This document shows, one piece after another, positions 19,149-21,401 of a stretch of DNA of 21,401 bases (positions are counted from its first letter, which is position 1; every line of letters starts with the position of its first letter). Position numbers and translations under genes: made by a program. The stretch spans positions 1 through 21,401 of the forward strand of contig JBFJHJ010000043.1 in the NCBI GenBank assembly GCA_041613315.1, read 5' to 3'. The stretch comes from Gemmatimonadales bacterium (lineage in GTDB: Bacteria > Gemmatimonadota > Gemmatimonadetes > Gemmatimonadales > GWC2-71-9). The notes under the pieces are model-generated. The model was not told the origin of the DNA. It did no database searches and saw only the letters and a program-made list of their open reading frames with translations.

Positions 19149-21167
19149 TCAGTTGTGCACTCGCACGCCGACGGCGACTGTCCGCGGGATTCCACGCCGG
19201 TCGAAGGCCGTCTGATAGGTGGTGTCGAACAAGTTGTCGAGCCGCGCGTAGAACCCGAGCCGCGCGCTGGCGCCCACGTCCAGGTTCAGCCCTAGGATGG
19301 CGTAGGGCGATATGTGCTCCCGGCTCCCGCTGAAGCGCTCGCTCAGCACGACCTGCGAGCCGATCGCGCGGACGCGAAGACGCGCCGTGACCCGGCCCGA
19401 CGGTCTCACCTCGATGAACGCTCCGGCGGTGACGGCCGGCCGGAACGGCAGGACGGAATCCAGGGGGAACGCCGCTGGCGAGAGGCCCGCATTGTCCAGT
19501 ACGTCGGTCACGATCCACGCGCCGTCCGCCCCGACGGCCCAGGTGTCGGCGCCCCGGAGCCGGACCGCCCATTCCACGCCCTGCGCGCGCGCCGCGCCGA
19601 GGTTCCGGTTGATCTGCTTGCTCGAGGCTTCGTCGGCGACGGTGCGGATGAGGTTGCGGTACTGTTGCCGGAAGTACGCGGCGGCGATGCTGACCGTTCC
19701 GTTCGCCGGCCGGACCTCCGCGCCCAGCTCCCAGCTCGTGCTGGTCTCCGGTTCCAAGTCCGGGTTCGACGCGATGAACGGGTTGTCGACGAACTGCTCT
19801 TGGAGATTGGGTGCCTTGTAGGCGCGGCCCGCCGCCCCGCGCAGGAACACGACGTCCGGCACCGCTTCCACCACCGCGCTCACGCGCGGCGTGACCTCCG
19901 CCGGGAGCCCCTCGAAACGCTCCAGCCGGACGCCCGCGAGCAGGCTCACGCGGCGGGCCAGCGCCGCCTGGACCTCGCCGAAGAGGGCGCCGCTGTTTCG
20001 GCCAAAGGAGATGTTGTCCTCGAAGTCGCCGGTGATGCGCTGGGCGAGATCCTCGCGCTCGAACCGCGCCCCGTAGGTGACCGTGAGGGCATCCAACGCG
20101 CCGCCGGGCGCCAGCCGGTGCGAGCCCACGTAGTCCGCGGTGTACCGCGAGAAATCGGCGATGAACCTGAACGACGCGTCGAACACGAAGAACGGAAATG
20201 GGCCCATGCTCGCCACGTCGTCGAACTGATCCTCGAACAGGAAGGCCTCATGGTAGAGGGACGTCGTTAGGCTGTGCGTCCAGGAGGGCGTCGCACGGAG
20301 GCTCGCCCCGGCGGAGGCCACGAACCGGTCCCGGTCGTCCCGCGCGTTGGGATCGAGCGGCACGCGCGTCGCACCGGGATCGCGCACGGGGAGCTTGGTC
20401 TCCACGTCCACCCACCGAAACGTCCCCGAGAGATCCCAGCGGGGGCCGGGCGTCGCGTCCAGACGGAGGGAGGCGTCCCGCGTCCAGGTGTCGTGCGGCA
20501 GCGCGTAGATGCCGCGCGAATAGCTGGCGCCGCCGCCCAGCGAGTAGCGCAGGGACTCGCTTCCGCCGCTCGCCGTTGCGTTCCCGCGGAACGTGCCGCC
20601 GTGTTCGGTGCTGCCTCCGCCTTCCGTGGCGAACGTGACACGGGGTGGTCCCGGCTCGCCGCGGCGGGTGATGAGTTGGACGACGCCGCTCACAGCCGAG
20701 GAGCCGTACAGGGCGCTCTGGGGGCCGCGTGCGATCTCGATCCGCTCGACGTTCGTGAGGGGAAAGCCCAGGAAGTCGAAGAACCCACCCTCTTGATTGA
20801 CCTGGACCCCATCCATCAGGATCTGCGTGAAGACTTCCTCTCCGCCGCGCAGGCGCACTATCGTTGGTCCGCCGGGCCCCGCGGCCTCGTCGATGAAGGC
20901 GCCCGGCTGGTCGCGGAGGACGTCCGCGGCATAGAGGGGGCGGGTCGTGCTCAGCTCGCCAGCCTCGATGACGGTGAAGGCGAATCCCACATCTCGGGCG
21001 CGGAGCGGCACGGCGGCTCCGGTCACGACAATGGGCGAAAGCCGTACGGCGTGCCCGCGGGTCGTGTCGCGCGTCGTCGCGCGGGTGGTGTCACGTTCCT
21101 GGGCGCGCAGCGTTGCGGCTACGGCGGTGGCCAGCAAGCACGCGGCCAGCAGACGGCGAGGGTGCAT
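19149..21167 (-). CDS. TonB-dependent receptor, BtuB-like plug
   Basis: ATG 21167 with AGGAGA RBS and a signal peptide. TonB-box-like PIVVTG, NVERIEIARGPQSALYGSSAVSGVVQLITRRG, NPDLEPETS, RLDNLFDTTY. Confidence 0.92.
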   Translation of the reverse strand: MHPRRLLAACLLATAVAATLRAQERDTTRATTRDTTRGHAVRLSPIVVTGAAVPLRARDVGFAFTVIEAGELSTTRPLYAADVLRDQPGAFIDEAAGPGGPTIVRLRGGEEVFTQILMDGVQVNQEGGFFDFLGFPLTNVERIEIARGPQSALYGSSAVSGVVQLITRRGEPGPPRVTFATEGGGSTEHGGTFRGNATASGGSESLRYSLGGGASYSRGIYALPHDTWTRDASLRLDATPGPRWDLSGTFRWVDVETKLPVRDPGATRVPLDPNARDDRDRFVASAGASLRATPSWTHSLTTSLYHEAFLFEDQFDDVASMGPFPFFVFDASFRFIADFSRYTADYVGSHRLAPGGALDALTVTYGARFEREDLAQRITGDFEDNISFGRNSGALFGEVQAALARRVSLLAGVRLERFEGLPAEVTPRVSAVVEAVPDVVFLRGAAGRAYKAPNLQEQFVDNPFIASNPDLEPETSTSWELGAEVRPANGTVSIAAAYFRQQYRNLIRTVADEASSKQINRNLGAARAQGVEWAVRLRGADTWAVGADGAWIVTDVLDNAGLSPAAFPLDSVLPFRPAVTAGAFIEVRPSGRVTARLRVRAIGSQVVLSERFSGSREHISPYAILGLNLDVGASARLGFYARLDNLFDTTYQTAFDRRGIPRTVAVGVRVHN

Positions 21168-21251
21168 GAGCTGCTCTCCTGACGTGAGGGTACGGAAAGG
21201 TGGCCTCCGAACGCCGCGGGTGGAAGGCCGCGCCCCGCGGGTGCCCCGATC

Positions 21252-21401
21252 GTGAGCGTGCCTGGAGCGTGGCGGCGGCTCGGGCTCTTCTTCGCGGCGA
21301 ACGTGTTGTTCGGCGCCGGTCTCTTCTATCACGCCTTCCTCTACAATTTCTATCTCGACGCCCTGGGGTTGGGAGAGGCGGTCATGGGCTGGGCGCAGGC
21401 C
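21252..21401 (+). CDS. MFS transporter, N-terminal fragment (not in the ORF track)
   Basis: Translated by hand: MSVPGAWRRLGLFFAANVLFGAGLFYHAFLYNFYLDALGLGEAVMGWAQA. This fits MFS TM1 and the start of TM2, and is open to the window end. Confidence 0.7.
   Translation, partial: MSVPGAWRRLGLFFAANVLFGAGLFYHAFLYNFYLDALGLGEAVMGWAQA

Noticed and set aside
21168..21332. 55-aa N-terminal extension of the TonB-dependent receptor
   Set aside because: It overlaps the MFS gene. The RBS and signal peptide support ATG 21167.

Overview
High-GC bacterial DNA. Gene content and protein style suggest Gemmatimonadota (inference). From left to right: a 5'-truncated LVIVD-repeat beta-propeller protein, a secreted amidohydrolase and a small NTF2/SnoaL-like (DUF4440-type) gene. 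Next is a minus-strand MacAB-TolC-type cluster: TolC, a periplasmic adaptor and four MacB/FtsX-type permeases arranged A-B-A'-B', with no ATPase gene. Then come a secreted hypothetical protein, a creatininase-family gene set head-to-head against a ~1340-aa orphan sensor kinase, msrPQ, a BtuB-like TonB-dependent receptor and the start of an MFS gene. The exporter cluster is the most unusual part. The usual ATPase slot holds a 25-codon mini-ORF resembling the fused N- and C-termini of a MacB/LolD ATPase. The second permease pair appears to have its own leaderless promoter and a bridging micro-ORF. A 16-bp inverted repeat lies within the predicted operon promoter. No rRNA, tRNA, CRISPR, transposase or integrase was seen.
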